In this document: piece by piece, positions 51,601 through 62,215 of the stretch | Position numbering within the stretch: position 1 is the first letter of the stretch | How the letters are laid out: the number at the start of each line of letters is the position of its first letter | Origin: Ascidiella aspersa | Lineage: Eukaryota | Assembly (NCBI GenBank): GCA_963924565.1 | Contig: OZ004615.1 | Span: 3,286,001-3,350,000, forward strand | Direction: 5' to 3' | Length of the DNA: 64,000 nt | The notes under the pieces: model-generated | What the model saw: the letters and a program-made list of their open reading frames with translations, nothing else | Told to the model about the DNA's origin: nothing | Database searches by the model: none | Program-made: the position numbers and the translations under genes

Positions 51601-54600
51601 CATTGAGCGAGAATTGATCTCAAACTGATCACAGATGTTCATTTCACCTTTGTCGGAAAATCCTATAGGATGTTAGGCTTTTTTCAGCCTTTGACATTTT
51701 GCTGTTGCCGTAAGGTTTGACTAATACTTTTTGTTTCAATAGAACGCTTTTTTAGTCATATGATTTTTCCTTTACTAGAAAGGCAAATTAATGAATAGTT
51801 TAAGGAGAGTATATTAATGACTTTAACAGCACAATGAAACTGATTACGTTCAAATATCGTAGAATTTACGACCTACCCGCTTTTTTAATGTTTCAAACAG
51901 TGAAACAGCCTTGGGTCTTTAGGCAAACTTTAGAAATATTATGGGAGAAGTGTAATATGACAACACTGAAAGTATTTACCGATGGGCAAATTTCACCCGC
52001 TTACGCTGTGCACGTTCGAAAATTATATAAGTGGAGTTATCTTTGACACACTATTCGGTATTCACGAAATTGTAATGAACAAACACATTTTGGCAAACAA
52101 CTAAAGATCTAACATTTCTAATTGGCCTTATTATTTTCTAATAAGGTTAATTCTAGCTTAAAAATGAATACCAGAAACCAATAGATGGAATAAATCGAAA
52201 TCATCTTAATGAAGACGTTTCGATAGGTTCCGATATGTAAACAGCTTGGCTTTGGCGACCTAATGCTACTCACTGAAATTTTTGTAGGCTTAAAATAAAC
52301 TATAGCAAGATAGTAGCATTAATAAATTAAATTTTAATCAACAGAAACCCATCTCTTCATACTGCTTCCACAATTTTATTCAAATTTTAAAGACATCTTG
52401 CTTAAACCAATTTTAATGAATCTAACCATGTAAAACTACCACAGTCGGCGACCCAACCAAATCAAAAGGCCGTCCAATTTTTTGTCGCGACCTCTTGGTT
52501 CAGAAGCACTGCTATAAGTCAAAAAACCTTTCAGTCGTCCCGCGGTCAAAAAAGATTTACCAAAAACTCTCTGTCAAACTCTCAAAGGATGTTACACTCT
52601 TACAAGCTTGAATAGTTTGTTGTTTACCTCAGTGTTTCGCAACCTTTTTTGGTTTGCTGCACCCTACATAATTTATAAATAGTTTGCGGCACCCTTGCTC
52701 GTGATTTTGTTGAGTGGTTAAGTGTAACGTTACAATGAACGAGATTGAAACAGCACACTAACTGTGCAACAAGGTTGATCCAACAAATATGCTGTTGCTA
52801 CCAGGCATAGTATATTTAAAACAGGTTCCTCTGGCAATATATATTTAAAACAGGTTCCTCTGGCAATATATAGATCCAACCTTATAATTATTGTCACTTT
52901 TATTGTACCAAAAAAATTGTATCAAGAAGCTTACCAATAGAGCTAAAATTGGAATCCTAAAGAATTTAAAATATCTCTCGGCACCTTTGAGCGTTAAAAA
53001 TGTCACCCAGAGTGCCGCAGCATCCCGGTTAAGAACCACTGGTCTACCTCAAAAAAGTTGAAATTAAATGTGCGTTTTTTTAACTTATAGGAAGAACGCC
53101 CACCTTCCAGGCCGACCGACCTCACCATTAGCGAACCTGGAGTAAACAGCGTACGACTCAGCTGGGGCGGCTACACCTCGAATGTGCAGTACTATAACAT
53201 CGAATACAAGCTGGGGTCTGACACCAGGCCCACGGTAAGCTTGTAGTCGTAGAGACCAGTGTTGTAATGACTTAAGTCAATGATATGAGTTAAATGTACT
53301 TAAGTCACTGCTTTGAAATGACTAAACGTGACTTAAGTCGTACTTAAAACTAAACTCAATGTTTCCAAATGACTTGACTTGACTTAAGTCGGTCTTAAAA
53401 CTAAAGTCATTGTTTTCAAATTACTTGACTTAACGTAAGTCGTTTTGGCGAAATGACTTGAGTTGACTTAAGCCTTTGGTCAAATGCCTTGGGTTGAAAT
53501 ATTATGTCTTCATTAAGCATTTTTTATATAAAATTGGGTTATCTATCTTAATTTTTGCACATAAAACAATTTGCTTAAGGACTTAACTTGAAGTTGACTT
53601 GCTTTAATTATAACTGGACTGGCTCTTTATTTAAAAATACTTGACTTGGACTTAAGGTATTTTACGAATGTCTTGACTGGGACTTGTTTTGTATCATATG
53701 ATACTTTAGCCGTAATCGTTGGTCAAAAAGCAGCTTCAGAATACATAGATCACAGTTTGTTGATATGTGTGTGTATGTTTATTGTTTAAACCCATTTTCA
53801 TTTTACCAAACAAAATCAGAGTCAAGATACGCCAGGTGTGCAGCAGTCTGCTGTAATCAATGGACTTCTGCCAGACAGCGATTACACCATTTCAGTGAAG
53901 GCTGTCGGACAAGGAGGTCATTCGCCTAAGGTGGTCGGCACCTTCCATACACGGGTAAGTTGGCCTTGTGTTATTGTGTATATTGCGCTAACTGATTTTA
54001 TAGCTTTAAACGAAAAACGTCAAAATTTGCAAAAACTAAATAGCTTATTGTGTATAGCATCTCAAACTAGAAGCTTTGAATGGGTTTGGGAGCTGTGACA
54101 AAAAAAACAATTTTCAAAAATAACGGTTTAGAACAGATAGAGCATATCAGATACCCGGTTGTGGCACCGGTACGTTTTTTTTTTGTTTTTTTGTTCGTAA
54201 TAGAATACAATTTGTCATTTTTTCATCAAAATGGCCCAAGTTTTTATAATAAGGGTTTGGGGCACTGGCTGATGGAAACTATTCCGCGTTTAGTTTCGAA
54301 CTTGAACCTTAACATTAGTCGACATTCGTCCACGCGAAGGGTCCTCGGTTAAAAAAAGTTTAGGAACCCATGCTTTATCGACTGAGCTAAACAGGTTAGA
54401 AGCGCCCGGAACATATGCACGCCACTTTTGTCCGCTGCATTTTGTGAATAGTATTATGGCAATCCAATAAACCAGTGCTTTATAACCTGTGGGAAGGTAC
54501 CAACTTGTGTGGATGAAAACAATTATAATGCGGATGACATTATGTGTCATATTAACATGTATTACAGTTATAAAATAAGCTTGTGCGCCCACTACAGCTA

Positions 54601-57600
54601 AAGCAATATAGTCTCTCAGTGGTTCATTGCAGCTTAAACTATCTATTCGTATTTTTTACTTTACTTTTAACGCGTGTGTGTGTTTTGCAGCCCGAAGAGA
54701 TTGTTCTCGACGAAGAAGAAGTGCAGATTTTCGGCAGCACACCCAATGACGTCACATTCCAAGTGCCAGAGGCGGACTACTACATTGTCAGATATCAAGG
54801 CGAAGGAGATACCACGGTCAGTTAAAATTCGCTCAACAATCTCTAGTTTTCGTTTTATAAGCAAAAAACAAAAATATCTGTACAACAAGCAATGTGTTTG
54901 GCTGGTAAGCTTAAAAACGCAATTGCAGAGACATGGAAAGTTACAACTCATTTTTACATTTATTGATATTCTTAAAATAGGGTGGTCATCAAAAAGGGCT
55001 TTGTCTTTTTCGTCTTTTGTGTATAATCAAAGATTAAGTACTTTAGTTCAACACAACTGGCTTTAAACTTAGGTTATATTGCAATTAAATTTAGATAAAT
55101 TTAGCTATTTTTTAAAATTATTTTGCAAATGACTTAGTTGAATTTAAGCTATTTTCCAAATTACTTCACTTCACTTTATGCAAATGACTTAAATTGGCTT
55201 TAGGTTTAATTGCAAATCACTTGCCTTCAAAGAAGAAACAAATTGACTAAATTAAATCGGTTCAAAATGGCGCTCAGCCAACCGTTATCTAGAAGTCAGC
55301 ATTTTCATCAAAATATAGCCACCGAAATTCCACGAAAATCTTTCAACCAGGCAATCACATCGAGTTTTCTATCGATAAGACACGGAATTGATCGAACACG
55401 TGTTAAATATGAGCTATATTGCGAATAACTGGAGATGAATTTAATTTATCAGTTTCCTTCACTTTATGTTATTTGCAATTGCTCGAATTGTCTTTAAGCC
55501 TAATTTCAAATCATTTTCCTTGAAAGAAGAACCAAATTGACTAAATTAAATCGTTTCAAAATGGCGCTTAGCCAACCGATATCCAGAAATCAGAATTTTC
55601 CTCAAAATAATCGATGAAATCTTACAGTAATCTTTCAACCAGAATGCAGAATATTTATCATAAAATAATCGATGAAGTTTCGCGGAAATCTTTCAACCAG
55701 AATTCAGAATATTTATCATAAAATAATTAATCGATGAAATTTCACGGGAGTCTTTCAACGCGGCAATTAAACCGAGTTCTATTTCGACAGGAAACGCAGT
55801 TAATCGAATACGGGACCGTGATCACCCTCACGGACCTCACACCCGGCACTCGATACCGCGTCACACTTATCGCCGTCAAGGACAACATCGAATCGCGGCC
55901 CATTGTCAAGCAGATCGCGACACCCCAGGAGGTCAGTTGTGACGTCATAGTTGATTTTTGTGTGTTTTAATGCTGTCGAAACAGATATACGCGAGTATGT
56001 TTGAGTCTGCGTTTTTGAAGATTGTCGGTTTTATCTGTTATTTCGATGTTGTTTTAACTCAGTGTTGTAATGACAATGACTAGCTTAAGTGCACTTAAGT
56101 CGTTGGTTTTAAATAACTTCACTTGCGATAAATTTTTGAACAATATTACTTGACTAGAATTAAATCTTTTCGACAAATGACTTGAAACTTGACTAGGGCT
56201 TAAATCACTTTAAATAACCTGTTTTCAACATTATATAAACTATAGACCTACAGCTGTCTATGCCGCGTTACTATAGATACTAACCTTAAAATACAGAAAA
56301 TATCTTGCAGAATAATTTTCAAAATAAATCTGATGGACAAATTTATGACGTAGTGCAGCAACGTTACGCTGCCTCTAGTTCAACATATTTCACAAAAGAG
56401 TCGGATTTTAAAATAAGATTTTATCAAAAACGTAGATCTGAAAAACGGACAAAAGCTAATATGAACAACAATAAACTGCTATATTTTGGAGAATATAATA
56501 TAGTCAACCCTATAACAGTTTTATCAGGAATTACGACATTAAAAAATCCAAAAGCCACGGAAATAATAGATAAACGAACTACGGGATGAAAATTATTGAA
56601 ACTTTACCGCGAGAGATCACTTGACTAAAACATATATAAAATTGTGGGGGAAATAAAATATATATAAAAATCGCAGGCACAACTACCGCTCGTTGAAAAC
56701 CTACCTATGCTACACTTCATACATTTGCTTTTTTAGGCGCCTGAGCCGATAAAAGTCGCGGACATTAACTTGATTGAGGAGAAACCAGACGGCTTCACAT
56801 TGACGGTTCCACCAGCTGATTACTACTTCGTTTCCTATCGAACTCCCGACGGCACTTTGGTGGTAAGTAAATGGAGAAATATACAAACTGTTGCTTCTAG
56901 GCATAATAATAACATTAAAAAACAGCTTCTTCTGGTAATTGAAATGGAGGAATGTCGATATTTTGCATTTCGTGCGCTAATATTAGTTGGTTGCGGTAAA
57001 AAACGATAATAGTCACAAAAAATGTTATGCGATCTGATTACAAGGGTTAACAAATTGATAGCAAACGGTTTGGTCAGTTATAGCCTTTCGTTTAAAAAGT
57101 TTCGAAAAAGGTGAAAAAAGTTTCGAAAAGGTGGAACGTTCAATGGTTTTCTTTGCAAACACGAAAGATAACTTTATGTTTATTGGGGTAAGCAGATGGA
57201 AAACGTTTTTTTTGGCATTATGTTTTTTTGGGAAAATTACGCTCATCGAAATTTGGCCGTAATTGAGGGCCGAGGTTAAATTACAAACAATATTATTTTT
57301 TTTATTATTTTAGTGAAAGGTTATTTAAAATGTTGGGCACAACAAGAATTGTGTTAACCTTTTGATGTCTGATTTAAAATTTTTCATAAATCCATATGGT
57401 GTTTAAGGAAAACGGTGAAGTTTAACTTTAAAATTTTTTCCCCAGAATGTTTACAATGCTTTTTTTCTGGATAATGGCTTAAGATTGTAGTAAGGCGTAG
57501 ACCGAATATCAAAACGTTTACAAAATGCTATAAAAACTTCTGCAAAGGAAAGTTAATTTTTGTTTGAACAGTCTATCCTTCAGTCATCGGCTGAAAACAC

Positions 57601-60600
57601 TTTTCTATATTTCAAAAATTTTCCCTTTCAACTTTACTATATATATTGCACTTGCATTAGTTTGCCAGCCTATAAATAAGTATTTCTCGCTAAAAGTTTT
57701 TGCTGATGATGCTTTAAGTGCGACTGAATATCGGTTTACTAAGTGCTGTACTTAGCTTTATTTTTATCATTGATGTGCAACCAGTGTCGTTTGTTTTCCA
57801 CCATTCTTTTTACAAACAAAAAAAAATTCTTATTAGCAAAACATTAACGTCGTTTTTCTGCCCACAAAAAACAAAACAATTGCCAGCATAAAAAAAAAAA
57901 AAAAAACGCGCTGGTCTGTAGAAGCCTACCAGAACGCACCATATGCGGGTTAGGGTTATAGCGTTTTGGGTATAGGTTAAGCAAAATGAAATAATAAGTA
58001 TGATAAAAACAGTGCCAACAAAACTAGTTGTTATTTACAGGGCGACCGAATCATAAAGTACGGGCCTACCTTTACATTGGACGAACTCACACCAAGCACC
58101 GATTACACTATAACCCTTACCGCCGTGCGAAACGGTGTGAGATCGAACCCAGTCGAGATTTTGCTGACAACACCTGAAGAGGTAAGTTAAGCATATTTTC
58201 TTTTTGATTTATATGACTTCATTTCATTTCACATTTTTGAACGTCAGTAGGTTAATATAAGTTTTTTAAATTTGCATGATTTCATTTCAGTTTCACATTT
58301 TTTGGACCGAGAACAGCAAGTTTCTTAGGTTTATTGGTTTTATAACGTCCATTTATGACGTCACAATAAAAAAAAAAAAATTCGAGATTTTAAATTTCCC
58401 AAAAAATATTAATTGTTTTTTGAGTAAAACGCAAAGGGTATAGGACGATAGGACCTATACCTATGCTATAGGTACACTATACACCGATCTGTAATGTTAC
58501 TTAATAATGAATATTAAAGTCAAAAAGTCGAGTAAATTAACATCATGATGGCTCTTAAACAAAAATTAAACGCAAAAAGCTTTCCAACTGATTAAACGCC
58601 TATAAATTGGAAACAAAATATGACAGAAAAATGTTTATGTTGCAAAACGTTTAAAATAGAGGTATAAAATAAGTATTAAAAAACAGCTTTTTTTTGGCAT
58701 ATTGAAGCTTGACCACAAGAGTTTCCGTATTACTATGCATCTCAGAATTGGATCCGTTTTTTTGATGAATTTTTCCTTTAATAACAAACAAAATGAACAG
58801 AAACAACTCTTTAAAAGACAATATGCCTTATATTTAAACTCTCGTTATTTCGCCAGGTACCTAACGTGGGGCCGTCACAGCCGACCGGTTTAAGTCTTCT
58901 GGGAAAAAGTCCGACTGAAGCCAACTTCGAAGTGCTGGGTCCGACCGACCACGTGGACTTCTACCACATCGAATGGAAACCAGTGTCGCAGTTCGGACCG
59001 CCCCGTGTAAGAACACTTTCAACATTAGTGGGAATACTAAGCTCATATAGAAGTAGCTGAAACGTAAATATGAACAATGTGTATTCTGTGATCAAGCCCT
59101 TCTTGAGACAAAAAAAAGCAGTTTCCCAATTCGGACCACCGCGTGTAAGAACACTTTTATCGTTAGTGGGAATATCAAGCTCATATTAGAGAAGCAACTT
59201 TAACATACGTATACACAATGTGTGTTCCCGTGCATTTTAATTGCTTTGACTTCTACATTGACCTGATGAAGCAAGGTTGTGGTAAAGCTTGTCGAGAATT
59301 CAATGCACTTAAGAATTAAACAAATATGGCCATTTACAACGAAGTATATTCTGTTATCGAGATCGTCTTCTTACTGGCCAAGGACCCATTATATAGTACA
59401 CAAGATACATTCGGATAAGTTGATCAGTCAGCCTGCTAATCAGGGTTCAAGCAAGGCCAGGCTGAAAAACAACTATAGCCTGTGGTGGGGTTCGAACTCA
59501 CGACCTCCGGTCATTCCGGGACCCTAGTTCCTCAACTGAGCTACATATAGGTTCAAAGGGACGTCGAGAAACAACCCTAGCACCATTGCATATAGTAGGT
59601 AACACTTAGAACGTTAGGAAAACTCTTTATTTATCTTCAACCTGCTATATGGGCTTCGATATTTTAACTACCTCGAACAAAAATCTCAAACTTTTAACAT
59701 TCATATGTGTGGCTGCGCGCGAATTTTTTCACATTTCGTGAATGTGGATCAACTATATGGGCATTAAGACGGCAATTGCTGTCCAACACCTTACTGCAAC
59801 CTCGAAACATTATGACAAAATCTTGCTGTGATTAAAATAAAATCCCAAAATTGTCAAGCGAGGAAACATTTGTTAAGATATAACAGAAACATCTAACGGA
59901 AGTGTTAAACGTCTTTATACTACAAAACTTAAGGCCAAACAGCAAATGAGATAGAGAGCGATGTTCAAGTGAAGATAGAACACAAAGCAACCACAAAAAT
60001 GTAATATTTATATCCATATTTTACCCCGGTAACGGCAAAAACGTTGAAGAAAAGAGGAAACGTTTGAAAAAAAGAGTGGAAACAAGATCTTTCCTTCTTG
60101 TCAAATATTCCAGCTGAACTTTATTATTTTCATCATCTAAATTTGCAATGATTGTGAAAATGAATAAAGAGTTGTTTTCAAAACGATCAAAATGATAGCT
60201 AATTTCTGGGCTTTGGTATTCTTACTACGTCTTCCTAAAACCTCCAACCATTATACTCCAAAGTTATTCTTTAAAAAAAGTTGTTCCATTACTTTTCGTA
60301 TTTTTTTCGGATTTCTTTTTAATCACGTCGACTTTGTAATGTGATTTAGACCCGGGACACCGTTAATTCGAGAAACGAGATTCTGCTCACCCAGCTGATT
60401 CCATCGACAAGATACAGGATCCTTGTGAAGGCGGTGAAGAACAACATAGACTCGCAGCCCGTTACGGAATACTTCGTCACCAAGAGGGTAAAAATCACTT
60501 TTTTTGTTCGGCTTTGCTGTTATTTGGTTATAATTGATAAACATTTTCCACGAAAAAGATATAATTTAATAAAAATTTTCCACAAAAATGTTATAATTTA

Positions 60601-62215
60601 ATAAAAAAAATCCAAGAAATGGTTAAAAATGACAAAACAATTTTTTTTTTTCGGAGAAAAAATATCCGATCTGCAAAGTATTAAGTCCGATATTTTTACA
60701 GCTTCCGTCTGACGTGGAGTCCATCACCCCTAGCAACCTGCGGACTACTGACGTCAGACCCACCCAAGCCACCGTAGAGTGGGACCAACCAAGTAACCTC
60801 GACGGGGTGTCGCGATACGTGCTCGAATATCGAATTGATAATCCCTTCCAGCCCTACATTGTAAGTGATATATATATACAAAAACTATTGGACTTGTTTA
60901 CAATACTAAAAGTTTTGAAACTTTGAGTTTTTTTGTTTCTAAGTGAAATGTAAATATATAAAGGCGTATCTTTTGGAATCCAACCCATTTGCAGCAGGTT
61001 TCTGCTTGTCGATCACTGCTCTGCGTAGATAAAAAAAGTAAAACTCAAAGTGAAACACAGAATCAGACATTTTTAAATGGGTTTTTAAAACTTTGAGTTT
61101 TTTGTTGTTTGTAAGTGAGATGTATATAAGGGTGTATCTTTATGGAATCCGAAACCGTTGGCAGCATGTTTCTGCTTGTCAATCATTGTTTTTGTTTTGT
61201 TTGTAAGTAGTCGATATTGTGCGGTGATTGTCAAACTACAGGTTCTTCACAATTTTTTGGGCTAGTTTTGACGCAGTTGTTGATTTTGCGTGACCCCCTA
61301 TAGCAAAAAATAACCTAAAAATCACGCATTGGTAAGGTTTTCTTTAAAAAGACACTTGAATGCCAAATATCATGTTGTTGTTCCGTTGTTTTATCGTCAG
61401 TTGATTTAATGTGGTATTTTTTTCTCTTATTTTAGTATTCATAAAAAAATGTCGTAAATTATTATTTTCTTAAATAATAATTTAAAACATTAGTTTGGTC
61501 ATTATGCGAGAATTTAATTGTCGCAGTTAGTTCTAAATAAAAAAAAAATGCAAAAAAACACAAAGCAAGACACAAGAAAATCTGTAAAAGGTTGAAGACA
61601 TATATCGATGTCGTGCGTTTTTACACTGCCTAAAGTGCACTTAAGTCAAGTCATAATCAAGTCATTGTCTTAAGTCATTACCACACTTGTTTTAAATGAT
61701 TAAGAATTGGAACACAAAACTAGATACAAGAAAATCGGTAAAGACATATATCGATGTCGTACATTTTTACAGTGCCTAAAGTACACTTAAATCAAGTCAT
61801 GATCAAGTCATTGTCTTAAGTCATTACCACACTTGTTTTAAATGATTAAGAATTGGAACACAAAACTAGATACAAGAAAATCGGTAAAGACATATATCGA
61901 TGTCGTGCGTTTTTACAGTGCCTAAAGTACACTTAAATCAAGTCATGATCAAGTCATTTTCTTAAGTCATTACCACACTTGTTTTAAATGGTAAAGAATT
62001 ACAAAGCAAAACCAGACAATCTCCCAAACGGAGTCGTACGTTTTTGGAGTCGATTTTAACTCGACATTTCATTTCAACAGCGGAAGACCATTCATTCCTC
62101 CAACACTCACTCTGTCCTGACCCGGCTTCAACCGGGAACCACCTACACCGTTAAACTGTCCCCGATCAAGGGAGGAAGAAAAATACCCGACGCCATCAAC
62201 GCCACTTTCACAACG
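21545..62215 (+). CDS. FN: Fibronectin (tunicate-type, with interspersed Ig domains); 5' part only, 42 exons, ~2,090 aa, continues past the window
   Basis: In-frame GT-AG exons: 21545-21605, 22255-22485, 23107-23222, 24006-24162, 24743-24904, 26249-26431, 27157-27326, 28084-28239, 29955-30068, 31382-31556, 32254-32385, 32749-32900, 33557-33699, 34529-34651, 35130-35285, 36407-36582, 37534-37674, 38308-38427, 39007-39185, 40020-40181, 41048-41166, 42033-42143, 42749-43015, 43235-43401, 44978-45165, 45690-45860, 46454-46558, 47273-47440, 47898-48044, 49064-49201, 50350-50487 (or 50496), 51389-51529, 53091-53234, 53820-53954, 54691-54816, 55791-55931, 56737-56862, 58041-58181, 58857-59006, 60350-60487, 60702-60860, 62081-62215. 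FN1, FN2 and FN3 modules together in one secreted protein are diagnostic of fibronectin. Confidence 0.9.
22255..24162 (+). CDS. FN: Fibronectin exons 2-4: three FN1-like modules
   Basis: C..CxC..C patterns: CVDKQG..WKCRC..SC; CVANGQEYAVGQTW..CVC..YRC; CRSR..ICSC..NC. Confidence 0.75.
24743..26431 (+). CDS. FN: Fibronectin exons 5-6: two FN2 modules (first degenerate, second canonical)
   Basis: CQFPFLYNGEVFSTC..C..C and GGNANGAKCHFPFTLGGQQHYSCVTELNRPSWCATTANYDVDGRYGYC. Confidence 0.92.
27157..28239 (+). CDS. FN: Fibronectin exons 7-8: Ig domain 1 (V-set-like)
   Basis: GENVTLECRY...IKWYK...LQIVNMRIEDAGTFEC. Confidence 0.9.
28902..29224. mobile_element. PIF/Harbinger-type MITE with internal tandem repeats
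   Basis: TIR AGGCC(T/C)GTTTACACTACAGCTGCACTG at both ends, TAA on both flanks, and three internal gctgcac.gggctt.agtttagcaaagcgt units. Confidence 0.8.
29955..36582 (+). CDS. FN: Fibronectin exons 9-16: four FN3 repeats
   Basis: Each repeat has the B-strand W and a LxPxTxYxVxV-type motif (e.g. DLESNTRYRVTLFA, NLMPSKIYDVHV). Confidence 0.88.
30150..30700. mobile_element. Repeat element with (GGTTC)n subterminal arrays
   Basis: Two GGTTC-rich arms (30160-30330 and 30585-30695) sharing caaaaccggttcataaagttccggttcg. Confidence 0.6.
35329..35549. mobile_element. Young 221-bp MITE (Merlin- or MULE-like ends)
   Basis: Perfect 23-bp TIR GGCGCTCTTTCACTATTGTACGT; perfect 8-bp TSD CAATTTTT. Confidence 0.9.
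37534..38427 (+). CDS. FN: Fibronectin exons 17-18: internal FN1 pair
   Basis: CQVDGRWRGHEEKFYKLNPAGYMQNCTCTRLPSGGGRWTCDP and CLHNGIQHAVGQTWTQLSNDGNYNQECTCLKRGWRC; each is a single phase 1-1 exon. Confidence 0.88.
39007..40181 (+). CDS. FN: Fibronectin exons 19-20: Ig domain 2
   Basis: EGGRLTLSC...IKWYK...LEINPVRLSDSGRYEC. Confidence 0.9.
39456..39561 (-). pseudogene. Antisense intronic copy of an FN3 first-half exon with both splice sites
   Basis: Minus strand reads tttctttcatttctactcgtcag|A-ATEATVEWDQPSNIEGVSRYVLEYQEYDAPFPPYT|gtaagt; paralogous to sense exon 60702-60860. Confidence 0.85.
40665..40769 (-). pseudogene. Antisense intronic FN3 second-half exon fragment
   Basis: Minus strand reads ctatcctctgactcag|(D)LFPDTLYYVDVVAMNPGKGVESSPAQGSSTTLE; no donor; ends against a repeat arm. 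Confidence 0.75.
41048..43401 (+). CDS. FN: Fibronectin exons 21-24: two FN3 repeats separated by a Gly/Pro/Thr/Ala-rich linker
   Basis: VELTWDAP..QLSPSATYRITV; linker GQVPGGPGPLGDDEPLFTTAPQATTAPTAAPLVAP; NLEPGENYTFSV. Confidence 0.87.
41185..41660. mobile_element. CCGATAC-rich interspersed repeat (related copies at 7340-7715, 11277-11340, 40189-40335)
   Basis: Shared gatgtccgataatatcggatcgg..cgatacccgatgcc end; internal 58-bp tandem duplication at 41490-41610. Confidence 0.7.
44978..45860 (+). CDS. FN: Fibronectin exons 25-26: Ig domain 3
   Basis: GDDATLQCRY...ITWYK...FRGRV...FRIADLGPTDGGTYEC. Confidence 0.9.
46454..62215 (+). CDS. FN: Fibronectin exons 27-42: eight FN3 repeats, two phase-0 exons each
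   Basis: GLKPGRTY, NMLPDTQY, NLEPDTQY, GLLPDSDY, DLTPGTRY, ELTPSTDY, QLIPSTRY and RLQPGTTY motifs; every exon length is a multiple of 3. Confidence 0.9.
49546..49836. mobile_element. hAT-type MITE, same family as 52630-53041
   Basis: CAGTGCTTCTCAACC...GGTAGAGAACCACTG ends; shared atatctctcggca..ttgagc.ttaaaaatg.cacc block. Confidence 0.75.
52630..53041. mobile_element. hAT-type MITE (family members also at 49546-49836, 34101-34402 inverted, and ~400-452)
   Basis: CAGTGTTTCGCAACC...GGTTAAGAACCACTG ends; 8-bp TSD gtttacct/gtctacct; 3' internal block shared with 49760-49836. Confidence 0.85.
53258..53690. mobile_element. GACTTGACTTAAGTC-rich repeat family (also ~31605, 37110, 43030, 46850-47241 inverted, 50827-51297, 55120, 56059, 61630)
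   Basis: Common end CAGTGTTGTAATGAC and dense gacttga/cttaagtc motifs. Confidence 0.75.
55230..55760. repeat. Nested tandem duplications (~300-bp unit plus ~55-60-bp units)
   Basis: aaattgactaaattaaatcg.ttcaaaatggcgct twice; aatcgatgaa...tctttcaacc three times, with a related unit at ~55325. Confidence 0.8.
59394..59545 (-). mobile_element. tRNA-derived SINE-like repeat (related copies 40890-41005 and 37955-38015)
   Basis: Minus strand has A-box TAGCTCAGTTG and B-box GTTCGAACC followed by a shared body (caggct..agttgtttt..gcct..cttgcttg); no intact cloverleaf. Confidence 0.7.
61570..61995. repeat. 146-bp tandem repeat, three copies
   Basis: aagacatatatcgatgtcgt at 61595, 61741 and 61887; copies nearly identical. 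Confidence 0.92.

Noticed and set aside
59460-59545. tRNA gene
   Set aside because: A and B boxes are present but there is no acceptor or anticodon stem; it continues into a repeat body shared with other copies.
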